48,100 nucleotides of DNA from a virus. The notes under the pieces are model-generated. The model ran no database searches, was not told where the DNA came from, and saw only the letters and a list, made by a program, of their open reading frames with translations. The first letter of the stretch is position 1; every line of letters starts with the position of its first letter. Made by a program: the position numbers and the translations under genes. Below, one piece after another: positions 33,326 through 41,142 of this stretch. Where the stretch lies: positions 1 to 48,100 of the IMG/VR virus record IMGVR_UViG_3300031133_000003. One strand, given 5' to 3'.

Positions 33326-34345
33326 ATGGCAGTAGTAATTAATCCCGTCACATCCCTGGATAAACTGACGCTTATAAATAATAATTTCAACACACTGGCT
33401 TCCGCTATAAACAGCAGCCTTGTTTGGAGGAATGGAAACACCCCCGGAGAGACTAGTTTTTCCAGGGACTTAGACATGAACGGCAGGCAGATACTCAATG
33501 CGTATGTTGGAAATTATTCTTTGTCTGACGTGGTGCAGGCTGCACAAGGGGCGGGGGCAGCTTCTGCCGCAGCCGCAGCAAGTGCCTTTTCTGCTGCTCA
33601 ATCAGCTAGTTCTTCTTCTTCTGCGGCATCCTCTGCCCTGTTGAGCTCCCAACAGGCTGCTACCTCAGCGTCCCAATCCGCTGCTGCAATTACTAATTTA
33701 AAAGCGGCTACTAACACCTGGGCCGGGGTGAATACCTTTTCTCAGGGAATTGTAGGTAACATTTCCTCTGCCACAAAGCTTGCCACTCCACGGACTATCG
33801 GGGTATCTCTCACTTCCTCAGCTTCCCCAGGATTCGACGGGACAGCTAACATAACCGCTGGGGTTAGCGGGGTTTTGCCGGTAATCAATGGAGGAACTGG
33901 GGGGTCAACACAGGCATTGGCTAGGAGTGGGCTGGGGCTAGGCGCTGTGGCGGTTATGGGGTTGGTCGGAACGGTGGCAGATGGCAGTTCCATATTCGAG
34001 CAGGGGAGTGGGGCCAATGGGTCATACATAAAATTCGCTAACGGAACCATGTTATGCTATAATCTGGTAGCCTCCGCCTCTGTTACATCCTCAGCCAGGA
34101 CAGAGGGTTCTTCAAACTTTTGGGGAATGGAGTATTCATGGACGCTCCCAGCCACTTTTATTGCCAACCCGTCTTGCACCGGGGGAGGGCTAGCTTACAC
34201 AGCTGCGTCCGTTAGCTGCTGGAGGACAACAGTCAACCCTAACGCATTGGGAACCTCGGTGTGCACTTTCCGTGTTGCTGCGGATGTTCAGTTTACAACA
34301 ATACAGAATCTTTCATTAGTCGCAATAGGAAGATGGAAGGTATAG
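33326..34345 (+). CDS. tail fibre (second receptor-binding protein)
   Basis: N-terminus INNNFNTL..WRNG..GE..RDLDMNGRQILN is homologous to the first ~60 aa of the 917-aa tailspike. Ala/Ser-rich stalk. Confidence 0.75.
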   Translation: MAVVINPVTSLDKLTLINNNFNTLASAINSSLVWRNGNTPGETSFSRDLDMNGRQILNAYVGNYSLSDVVQAAQGAGAASAAAAASAFSAAQSASSSSSAASSALLSSQQAATSASQSAAAITNLKAATNTWAGVNTFSQGIVGNISSATKLATPRTIGVSLTSSASPGFDGTANITAGVSGVLPVINGGTGGSTQALARSGLGLGAVAVMGLVGTVADGSSIFEQGSGANGSYIKFANGTMLCYNLVASASVTSSARTEGSSNFWGMEYSWTLPATFIANPSCTGGGLAYTAASVSCWRTTVNPNALGTSVCTFRVAADVQFTTIQNLSLVAIGRWKV

Positions 34346-34354
34346 GGGATATAA

Positions 34355-34789
34355 ATGGCAGATGTTCTTCACAGTTCTCTAACGGGAGCTGATTTACACG
34401 AATCAAAAGGGGCAGCTTCTGCCTCTCTTGGGCAGGTAGCTGTAGCTAATGGAGCTGGTAGTGCCCCTTTCACCAACCTATCTTATACCTATCTGACTAA
34501 TACACCAGTAACACCTACTCAGTATTTCAATGGCACAGCCGTACCCGGCTCTCCTAAGATTCTGACTTACATTGTAACAGCTTCTAGCGGCTCTTGGTCT
34601 CAGGCCATCACTGGAATAACTACGTTGCACGGAGTGCAGGCCACGGCCGTTGGTGGGAGCACTTATGCTACAGCAGCTATTGCCACCGTAGCTTCTGCAA
34701 CCACTGCTACTATTTCTGGGAATGTAATCATTAATGGGGCATTGGGAACAGGGAGCACAACGGTTTATCTGACAGTGTGTGGGGTGTAA
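34355..34789 (+). CDS. tail-fibre-associated structural protein (144 aa)
   Basis: LTGADLHESKG motif, typical of phage fibre-like proteins. Position also fits. Confidence 0.55.
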   Translation: MADVLHSSLTGADLHESKGAASASLGQVAVANGAGSAPFTNLSYTYLTNTPVTPTQYFNGTAVPGSPKILTYIVTASSGSWSQAITGITTLHGVQATAVGGSTYATAAIATVASATTATISGNVIINGALGTGSTTVYLTVCGV

Positions 34790-34850
34790 ATGGCAGCTTG
34801 GAACGAGGGAGTGTTGAAAGGTTTATTCAATTTACTACGAGGATTTAAGA

Positions 34851-34958
34851 ATGGATAAAGTAAAAGCAATTCCAGTTGTATGGGTGAACACAGATAAGAA
34901 GTGGACAGGTTATAAAGATAAAGCCCCTGTCTACATGTCCCCTACTAAAGCTAAATAA
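34851..34958 (+). CDS. micro-ORF (35 aa, MDKVKAIPVVWVNTDKKWTGYKDKAPVYMSPTKAK)
   Basis: GAGGA 7 nt before the ATG. Last ORF of the late arm. Confidence 0.3.
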   Translation: MDKVKAIPVVWVNTDKKWTGYKDKAPVYMSPTKAK

Positions 34959-34965
34959 GAAGAAT

Positions 34966-34991
34966 GAGGGCGGCACTCCCTGTGCCCCCTC
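34966..34991. terminator. GC-rich hairpin at the convergence point of the two arms (candidate bidirectional terminator)
   Basis: GAGGGCGGCAC-TCCCT-GTGCCCCCTC. T-rich tract on the minus-strand side only. Confidence 0.45.
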
Positions 34992-35033
34992 CGCTTAGCT
35001 TACCTAAGAGCAAGATAGTTCAGACCACCTCTC

Positions 35034-35249
35034 TTATTTGAAAAGCTGTTTCTTCAGCTCTTCCAGCCCACCAATCACCTCATCTCCCTCTGTGATGTAC
35101 GGCAACTGACGGACACCCAGCCCTCGTAGATAATCAACATCATAATCTACGCCAGCCATTTTCATTTCAAATTCAATTCCCTTAGCAATCAAGAGAGCTT
35201 TCGCCCTCTGACAATTGATGCAGCCTTCTTTGCTATAGATAATGTACAT
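35034..35249 (-). CDS. glutaredoxin / NrdH-like redoxin
   Basis: CINC active site, then LPYI..G..IGG. Confidence 0.8.
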   Translation of the reverse strand: MYIIYSKEGCINCQRAKALLIAKGIEFEMKMAGVDYDVDYLRGLGVRQLPYITEGDEVIGGLEELKKQLFK

Positions 35250-36190
35250 TATTGTGTGTTCACCTGTTTAACGCGCTTAACGGCTTTATTTGAACGAGAC
35301 ATGTGACCATCCTCTCCCTGATACACCTCAAACGCTCCCTGAGACGTGTAAGCATATTTCCCCTCTAATGGCCCAGTCATAACTTCGCCAGTCGTAGGAT
35401 TGCGTACAGCATCGCTCTGTTCGTAATACAGACCCAAGTTTGGATGACTCTTATCATACGGACGAAGTTTCAAATACACCTCTTCCAACAGTTTCACATC
35501 AAACTTGTTATATTCCACCATGTAGTCCCAAGCGCCTTGCACTCCGTGCATACAATCAATCCACAGCTGGAAGTCTGTATCAAGCTTAGGAGTTTTAATG
35601 CCTAAGTAGATGCCTAGTTCTTTGAGCGAGTTTGCCGGGAAGCGGAAGTATTTCTTTGCAATCTTGCAAGTATCCACCGCTTTATACGGAGACGGCATCC
35701 CGAGACCGTGATAAGCAAACCGGCTATTGAGATAAGGGAAGTCGAAACGAAGTCCATTATGCGCAATAGCAACATCGCACTCATCCAGAAGACGCCACAT
35801 ACTACTAACCACCTCAAAATCATCTTCCGGCCCGTATTTACCTTCACAGGCACGATAGTTCGGAATGGCATCAGCCATCACCTCTTTATCACCTAACCAC
35901 TTAGCGCTCCAGGTTAGCAGGTAGCTACGTTGCTCCACCTGAACAGGAGCAAGGAATTGTTTAAAGCGCCCCCAGACATAGCCAAGCTCTGGGCTAGTTT
36001 CCAAATCGTAGATTAAAATCTTGGGTCCCTGTTTCTTCTCTGGTACCGTATAGTAATGGTCATGTAGAATGTAGAACACAGAGGAGGCAGCTGTACGCTT
36101 ACCAAATACCACTTCTGCGATGTCCCGATGCTTAACGCCTTTCTTCTTGAGGGACACCACTGCTTCAATTTGTTGTGCTGAATATGTCAT
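35249..36190 (-). CDS. DEDD-type 3'-5' exonuclease (PolB-exo-like) with an N-terminal HTH-like segment
   Basis: IYDLETSP, AHNGLRFDFPYL and YNKFDV motifs. The start is uncertain: ATG at 36190 or TTG at 36232. Confidence 0.65.
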   Translation of the reverse strand: MTYSAQQIEAVVSLKKKGVKHRDIAEVVFGKRTAASSVFYILHDHYYTVPEKKQGPKILIYDLETSPELGYVWGRFKQFLAPVQVEQRSYLLTWSAKWLGDKEVMADAIPNYRACEGKYGPEDDFEVVSSMWRLLDECDVAIAHNGLRFDFPYLNSRFAYHGLGMPSPYKAVDTCKIAKKYFRFPANSLKELGIYLGIKTPKLDTDFQLWIDCMHGVQGAWDYMVEYNKFDVKLLEEVYLKLRPYDKSHPNLGLYYEQSDAVRNPTTGEVMTGPLEGKYAYTSQGAFEVYQGEDGHMSRSNKAVKRVKQVNTQ

Positions 36191-36319
36191 ATTATTGTTT
36201 AGCCTTTTTGTTGTTATTATTGTTTTGGTCAACTAAGCGTTTCTTAGGAAACAGGCAGGGGTCTAGCCCTGCTCTGTGCCAGTTCCTTACATTCTTAGAA
36301 TGGTTGCTTTCAGAAGGCA

Positions 36320-36502
36320 TCAGTCTAGTCCATAGACTCTGTGTACTTCGGTGTAGTAGCCATCAACGTAAGAGTGGTACTCCTTGGGAATTACTCCGGG
36401 GGCAAAACGCTCTAAGTCATAAACTAACTCCCACAGCTTTTCCTCGCTTGATGCCACTCCAATCAGCTTGTCTTCTACTGAATACAGCACATAAATAATC
36501 AT
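36320..36502 (-). CDS. hypothetical protein (60 aa)
   Basis: ATGA overlap with the upstream gene. Confidence 0.45.
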   Translation of the reverse strand: MIIYVLYSVEDKLIGVASSEEKLWELVYDLERFAPGVIPKEYHSYVDGYYTEVHRVYGLD

Positions 36503-36978
36503 TCTAAATCACCCTCACGAGTCCAACGCACAATATCTCCTCCGCTTCCCAAATCTGTACTCATAGCAGCTGCTACAGCGTCTACAGGGTCTCCGCCTTT
36601 AGCCAGGATGTAATTAGCCACTGTGCTGCCTGAACCTAGAGCAAAGTGATTGTCTTCATAAATCTCCAGAATGCCAAAGCAGCTCTTCTCACTGTCTTTG
36701 TTTACCAGGTAGGCACTCTCCTCTGTCACCACAATGGCCTGGAAATCATCCTCACTTTCCAAAGTGGACAGCACATCTAAACCCTCCGCAAGAACAGCTT
36801 TTAGAACTAGCTGGGATGAGGCGTCGCCCGCTAGGGCATAGGCCAAAACCTTTTGCCCCAGGATGGTGGAATCCTTCGGCGTGAATATCTTCTTGAAGCG
36901 GTCGCTCTTCAATTGCAGCCCGGCTGTCATTCGACTGTCCGCTGCTAAGATTCCCCGTGCCCATGCAATTGTCGTCAT
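36499..36978 (-). CDS. Ntn hydrolase of the proteasome beta / HslV type
   Basis: (M)TTIAWARGILAADSRMT gives an N-terminal Thr. An ALGSGS motif sits at the position of the HslV GSGG motif. Confidence 0.65.
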   Translation of the reverse strand: MTTIAWARGILAADSRMTAGLQLKSDRFKKIFTPKDSTILGQKVLAYALAGDASSQLVLKAVLAEGLDVLSTLESEDDFQAIVVTEESAYLVNKDSEKSCFGILEIYEDNHFALGSGSTVANYILAKGGDPVDAVAAAMSTDLGSGGDIVRWTREGDLE

Positions 36979-37267
36979 TATTTCTTTTCTCCAAATCAGC
37001 TAAGAACATAGCATTAGTTGCTACGTGAACAAGGTGGCTCAGGCCACTCTCTTTGTCAATCAACTCACCTTTGTAATACGCCGTAAGATGACGAACCATA
37101 GCGCTAAGATAACGAGAATTACCATCTTCCACCTTTAACCAATTTCCAACACCATATTTGGTGCTGCCCATCTGGAGCGCCTTGCCAACTTCCTCCAGGG
37201 CATATGGCACCTCCCTGAACAGGAGGCCCATGTCTGTCTTGCCATTGTCGTGTTTAATCCCGCTCAA
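36752..37267 (-). CDS. dATP/dGTP pyrophosphohydrolase-like (DUF5664-type) protein; the functional part probably ends near 36975
   Basis: DNGKTDMGLL...ALEEVGKALQMGSTKYGVGNW...RYLSAMVRHL...ESGLSHLVHVATNAMFL. The frame stays open 227 nt into the next gene. Confidence 0.5.
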   Translation of the reverse strand: MSGIKHDNGKTDMGLLFREVPYALEEVGKALQMGSTKYGVGNWLKVEDGNSRYLSAMVRHLTAYYKGELIDKESGLSHLVHVATNAMFLADLEKRNNDDNCMGTGNLSSGQSNDSRAAIEERPLQEDIHAEGFHHPGAKGFGLCPSGRRLIPASSKSCSCGGFRCAVHFGK

Positions 37268-37487
37268 GCTGTTTCACCCTCATAGTTAGCAGCGTATCTG
37301 AGATAACAGTGAGCAGTGCAAGCACAATCTCCATCTTATTCAGCTGGTGCGTCCCCAAGAGCGCAGTAACCAACACATAGGCCAGATACAGATTTACCAC
37401 ATACACAAGATAATTTAGCAGCTTTTTCATTCTCTCGTTTCCTCCACAATGCTTCCAATTCTCTATAGGCTTTAGTCCCTTTGTCAT
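37254..37487 (-). CDS. small membrane protein (likely start at 37430, MKKLLNYLVYV...)
   Basis: Two hydrophobic helices. An alternative overlapping ORF (37336..37632) cannot be excluded. Confidence 0.45.
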   Translation of the reverse strand: MTKGLKPIENWKHCGGNERMKKLLNYLVYVVNLYLAYVLVTALLGTHQLNKMEIVLALLTVISDTLLTMRVKQLERD

Positions 37488-37528
37488 CCCCTGACTGCTC
37501 CGCTTCCTCAGCCTTCTTCTTGCACCAA

Positions 37529-37726
37529 TCAGACGTCAGCAACTTCTGTTGCCTCCTTCTCATCACCTGAGACTTCAGGCTCATATTTGGTGAAGGCAAT
37601 CTTGGCGTTCTCCACCCAACCTGTATCACCATGCTCTTGGGACACAGCAGCTAGCTTCTCAGCAAATTCTGTTGCGGAAGCGTCGTCGTGGGCTTCAAAG
37701 ATAATTGCTACTTGATATACTGACAT
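37529..37726 (-). CDS. small acidic protein (65 aa from MSVYQVAIIFEAHDD...)
   Basis: GGAG 7 nt before the internal ATG. Confidence 0.45.
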   Translation of the reverse strand: MSVYQVAIIFEAHDDASATEFAEKLAAVSQEHGDTGWVENAKIAFTKYEPEVSGDEKEATEVADV

Positions 37727-37792
37727 AAAATTTCTCCGGCTTTTGATAAAAGGATGATAGCAATAATGCCCACAGTGTAGGCACATACAGTG

Positions 37793-38029
37793 TTAATTAG
37801 TAGTTTCACGGACACGCTCTTGCACAAGCTTAAGGGTGCCTTCTGCATCACGAGCATGTAGCACCATCATCTTAGCAATAGAAGCTTTGTCAGCGTCACT
37901 GAATTGTAGGAAGTATTCACGTACAGCCTGCTCCCCATCTTCTTCCAGAATGGCTAGTGATGTCTTAGCTCGGTTGTATGCTTGAACTACTTGGTCTTTG
38001 ATGTCTACAAACGTTTCTGGGTTTTTCAT
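37793..38029 (-). CDS. hypothetical protein (78 aa)
   Basis: ORF; helical and acidic. Confidence 0.55.
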   Translation of the reverse strand: MKNPETFVDIKDQVVQAYNRAKTSLAILEEDGEQAVREYFLQFSDADKASIAKMMVLHARDAEGTLKLVQERVRETTN

Positions 38030-38049
38030 TCGGCTCTGCCTTATAATAG

Positions 38050-38439
38050 TTATTTAGATTTCTTACGCTCAGCGTTCTCTGCTTGAGTCTTTAATTTATG
38101 ACATGGTTTGCATAATACCTGTAATCCAGAAGGGTTACAGAAGAGGCGCACAACGACATCATGCCAATTAGTAAACCCGGATACAGGAATAACGGGCTCG
38201 ATGTGATCAGCCACAATATTAGAAGCAACAAATAGGCCCCCACAAGCTGCGCACTGATAATGCTCAGCCAGACGCCCCGTTTGGTCATTAACCATTTTAC
38301 CGCGCTTAGCTGCATTCAACACCTCATACTTTGGTGGGTAGCGTACAGTGCCTGCTCTTAATGCCCCCTTGATGAAGGAGAAGCGAGCAGCCTCTGTTCT
38401 TTGCATCCAGGGAATGTAAGGCTTCTTAGCCTTAGTCAT
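38050..38439 (-). CDS. HNH endonuclease
   Basis: CAACGG...ADHIEPV...LQVLCKPCHKLK. Confidence 0.8.
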   Translation of the reverse strand: MTKAKKPYIPWMQRTEAARFSFIKGALRAGTVRYPPKYEVLNAAKRGKMVNDQTGRLAEHYQCAACGGLFVASNIVADHIEPVIPVSGFTNWHDVVVRLFCNPSGLQVLCKPCHKLKTQAENAERKKSK

Positions 38440-38612
38440 TGAATAGTCACCTCCACTTTCAGCTCATCCATTACATATTCAATTCCTAAATCATCTTCCA
38501 GCTTGTATTTCTCTAATGCCCTCTTACACTCTTCTTCATCAAAGAAGGCTGTCTCAATCAAGCCAAACACACCAGCTTGTGCGTGGCAGAAGGTGATAAT
38601 GTATACGTTCAC
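38436..38612 (-). CDS. micro-ORF (58 aa, MNVYIITFCHAQAGVFGLIETAFFDEEE...)
   Basis: GTGA and ATGA overlaps with both neighbours. Confidence 0.35.
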   Translation of the reverse strand: MNVYIITFCHAQAGVFGLIETAFFDEEECKRALEKYKLEDDLGIEYVMDELKVEVTIQ

Positions 38613-38794
38613 TCCAACACCTCCAACTCCTGGATTGCACTTCCATAGTCTTCTAGGTCATGCTCCAAACCCAAATCTTCTAGGTGCCAGGCTGTCCAAG
38701 CCTCTGCCTTGTGTTTGTGAACAAAGTGCTTGGATACAATTTCGTCAGCACCAAATCCCACTCTTTCGTAAATAACAGCTTTGTAGATTTTCAT
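38609..38794 (-). CDS. hypothetical protein (61 aa)
   Basis: ATGA overlap with the upstream gene. Confidence 0.5.
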   Translation of the reverse strand: MKIYKAVIYERVGFGADEIVSKHFVHKHKAEAWTAWHLEDLGLEHDLEDYGSAIQELEVLE

Positions 38795-39582
38795 ACAGGT
38801 GCGCTCCAGTGGATTAGGTTTCCTTCTTCGTCTTTAGCTCTCACCATCCAGGCTAGATGAGCTTGCTCTTCAATCATTGCTACAGCTTCTTCTGGGAACT
38901 TAGCTTGATAAGCAGAGAGAACAGCTTGGTACAACTCCTCCTCTGTCTTGCATTCCTTCAACACTTCATACGCTCTAATTGGGCCACAGCCAGGAAGGCC
39001 ATCGTAACAATCTGTAGCGTCACCCGTAAGGAGCTGGGAGTAAAAGAACTTGAGACCTGTACCAATCAGCTTCTTAGGCCCCTTAAGTTCTAAGGTGCCC
39101 ATCTCATCAATCCAATGTGGCCCCCAGCTCCCCTGCTTACCTGCCTCCCAGCCATAGCCATAACCTGGAACGATTCTTAAGTCTTTGTCCCTGCTACAAA
39201 TAATTGTATCCCTCTGCTCAATACGCTCTGTCTGAGCAATCGCCATAGCATCATCAGCTTCCATCCCATCTACAATCTCAGCATCCCATTGGCTGCACAG
39301 GTACGCTCTAATGTATTTGTAATGGAACGGCTTAATCTGCTTGCGATTTCCTTTGTACTCACGACGCTTAGCAATATCGTATCTAAAGTTGCCTTTGCCT
39401 GTCAGAAACAAGCGTGGCTTTTCTGTAGCGTAAACAGCAGCACAGATTTCCTTAATGCGGTTATCAATTAGCTGGTTAACTTCTTCTACAGGAGATGGGT
39501 GGATGTCTCCATTTTCATCTTTCTTCTGAGTGGCAAAGCCAATCTCATAGCATAGTAAATCTGAATCGATTAAAGGCTGCAT
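38791..39582 (-). CDS. 5'-3' exonuclease / flap endonuclease (T7 gp6 / FEN family)
   Basis: LIDSDLL, YKGNRK, GMEADDAMA and SRDKDL motifs. Confidence 0.8.
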   Translation of the reverse strand: MQPLIDSDLLCYEIGFATQKKDENGDIHPSPVEEVNQLIDNRIKEICAAVYATEKPRLFLTGKGNFRYDIAKRREYKGNRKQIKPFHYKYIRAYLCSQWDAEIVDGMEADDAMAIAQTERIEQRDTIICSRDKDLRIVPGYGYGWEAGKQGSWGPHWIDEMGTLELKGPKKLIGTGLKFFYSQLLTGDATDCYDGLPGCGPIRAYEVLKECKTEEELYQAVLSAYQAKFPEEAVAMIEEQAHLAWMVRAKDEEGNLIHWSAPV

Positions 39583-39626
39583 ACATCACCATTTTATTAT
39601 GTGGACTTCCTTGTCCATTAGTTATC

Positions 39627-40361
39627 TTACCAAGGGGCGTCTTCTGATTTACCCGTATCTTCCACAGGAACCTCTACAGGAGCGGCTGGGGCAGACTGTA
39701 CAGCTTTAGGCTTATCTTCCTTAGCCTTCACAACACCGCCCGTTAGAAGACGTTCTAGAGGGCTTCCTGCGTATTCCAGGTTGCTCTTGATTTCTTCCTG
39801 CAACCATTCAGGCAAGCTGTTGAAGATGTCCAGGTCTGGCTCGCCCAAATCAAACACCTTGATTGGGTTTTTAAGCTCTGCCACCTGCATCCCCTTCATT
39901 GGCTTAGCTACATTACCAATCTTAGCCTTACCACTCTTCTTATGCGTAATGCTTACAGAACAAGGCTCTCCAGCAATACGACTCCAATCACCACCAAACT
40001 TCCCTGCACCGGGGTCGAAAGCATTATATCGTTTGGTAGAAGTAGCCAGCTCACTATCCAGAGCATAGACGGGGAAACGCTCAGAAAGCCAACGTGGTTT
40101 GTCAACCAATTCATTGCCTTCTTCATCTTTCACAAACTCCGTAGTAAATTCGTATGTCACCATCAACATATTAACTGGTGCCTTCTGTAAATCTTTAGTA
40201 AATTTCTTATTCACATCATCCCACAAATCTTTATGATGCAGACCTAGGTCAATCACCTGAGCTACACGGCATGGGTAGTTATCAATTTCCAGCTCAGCTT
40301 GTGCTACACGTTTAACGTTAGAGGCTGCTTTAGTTGTTTTAAGGGCTGATTGAAGCGCCAT
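39627..40361 (-). CDS. putative ssDNA-binding protein
   Basis: Position in the replication block. Acidic C-terminal tail ending in an aromatic residue (..GKSEDAPW). AT-rich strong RBS. Confidence 0.5.
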   Translation of the reverse strand: MALQSALKTTKAASNVKRVAQAELEIDNYPCRVAQVIDLGLHHKDLWDDVNKKFTKDLQKAPVNMLMVTYEFTTEFVKDEEGNELVDKPRWLSERFPVYALDSELATSTKRYNAFDPGAGKFGGDWSRIAGEPCSVSITHKKSGKAKIGNVAKPMKGMQVAELKNPIKVFDLGEPDLDIFNSLPEWLQEEIKSNLEYAGSPLERLLTGGVVKAKEDKPKAVQSAPAAPVEVPVEDTGKSEDAPW

Positions 40362-40388
40362 ATCTTTTAATCCTCTTTATAATTATAA

Positions 40389-40595
40389 TTATTTTACAGC
40401 TGATTTGCTCACAGCAAACACTTGCTCAATACCTTCCGGCTGGAACAACACCATTGTCTCACTACCTGCTTCAATGATGCCAGCCACTTTCCCTACAGCC
40501 CCCTTCTCTAAATAAGAAGTGATGGGCTGGTCATGCTCATCCGTTGTTGGATATGCAATCTGACGCGTTAACACTACGTTCTGACCTGTTCTCAT
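40389..40595 (-). CDS. hypothetical protein (68 aa)
   Basis: Its ATG overlaps the stop of ENK gene h. Confidence 0.5.
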   Translation of the reverse strand: MRTGQNVVLTRQIAYPTTDEHDQPITSYLEKGAVGKVAGIIEAGSETMVLFQPEGIEQVFAVSKSAVK

Positions 40596-40822
40596 TTATT
40601 CTCCCATTGAATTGGTTTCTCTAATTTGTAGTCCATCAAAATGTGTTTAACATTAAGGATGGTGTTCACTCTCCATTCTCCAGAGCCAACAGCGCAGGTG
40701 ACAATCCCATGATTACCAACAACTCCAAAAGGAAGCACGTAGTCGTAATACACCTCCCCTCGATTCTTAGGAACGTATCTCTTACCAAGCTTTAGCTTAG
40801 ATAAGACATCCATCGCACACAT
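40592..40822 (-). CDS. ENK-tail mini-protein h (76 aa; tail ..EKPIQWENK)
   Basis: AGGAGG 5 nt before the ATG. Confidence 0.6.
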   Translation of the reverse strand: MCAMDVLSKLKLGKRYVPKNRGEVYYDYVLPFGVVGNHGIVTCAVGSGEWRVNTILNVKHILMDYKLEKPIQWENK

Positions 40823-40988
40823 AATCTCCTCCTAAATCATCTTGAAGCTGTTGTGAATATGAGTCTTGCACCACTTGATGGATGCTCTCCCCTAGCTGCT
40901 CCAGCTCTTCAAAGCTGAACGATACAACGTTGCTCTCTGTGAAAGCAATGAAATATTTGTTGGTGTATTTGTCAAAGGTGATATTCAT
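40797..40988 (-). CDS. small acidic protein (63 aa)
   Basis: ATGA overlap with the upstream micro-ORF. Confidence 0.5.
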   Translation of the reverse strand: MNITFDKYTNKYFIAFTESNVVSFSFEELEQLGESIHQVVQDSYSQQLQDDLGGDYVCDGCLI

Positions 40989-41134
40989 TTCTTCTCCTGT
41001 TCTATTTTCTCATGAAGTTGGAACAAACATTCATATAACCATTCATCCCTCAAAGCCATCTGACCAAAGTCCTTCTTGATTTGGAGGAGACGGTCAAGCT
41101 CCGCCTTCACTGTATCTTTATTTACTGGTTTCAT
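40985..41134 (-). CDS. micro-ORF (49 aa, MKPVNKDTVKAELDRLLQIKKDF...)
   Basis: GGTGAG before the ATG. Starts 8 nt after the polymerase stop. Confidence 0.35.
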   Translation of the reverse strand: MKPVNKDTVKAELDRLLQIKKDFGQMALRDEWLYECLFQLHEKIEQEKK

Positions 41135-41142
41135 AACTCACC

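Noticed and set aside
34790-34858. 22-aa ORF (MAAWNEGVLKGLFNLLRGFKNG) directly after the last fibre-module gene
   Set aside because: It is very short and has no SD beyond the preceding stop context. It is not distinguishable from chance.
37336-37632. 98-aa ORF overlapping the membrane-protein gene and the acidic-protein gene
   Set aside because: Its 3' half competes with a clearly hydrophobic two-helix reading in another frame, and its 5' part overlaps 37529..37726. An internal-start version (MRRRQQKLL...) cannot be excluded but has no SD support.
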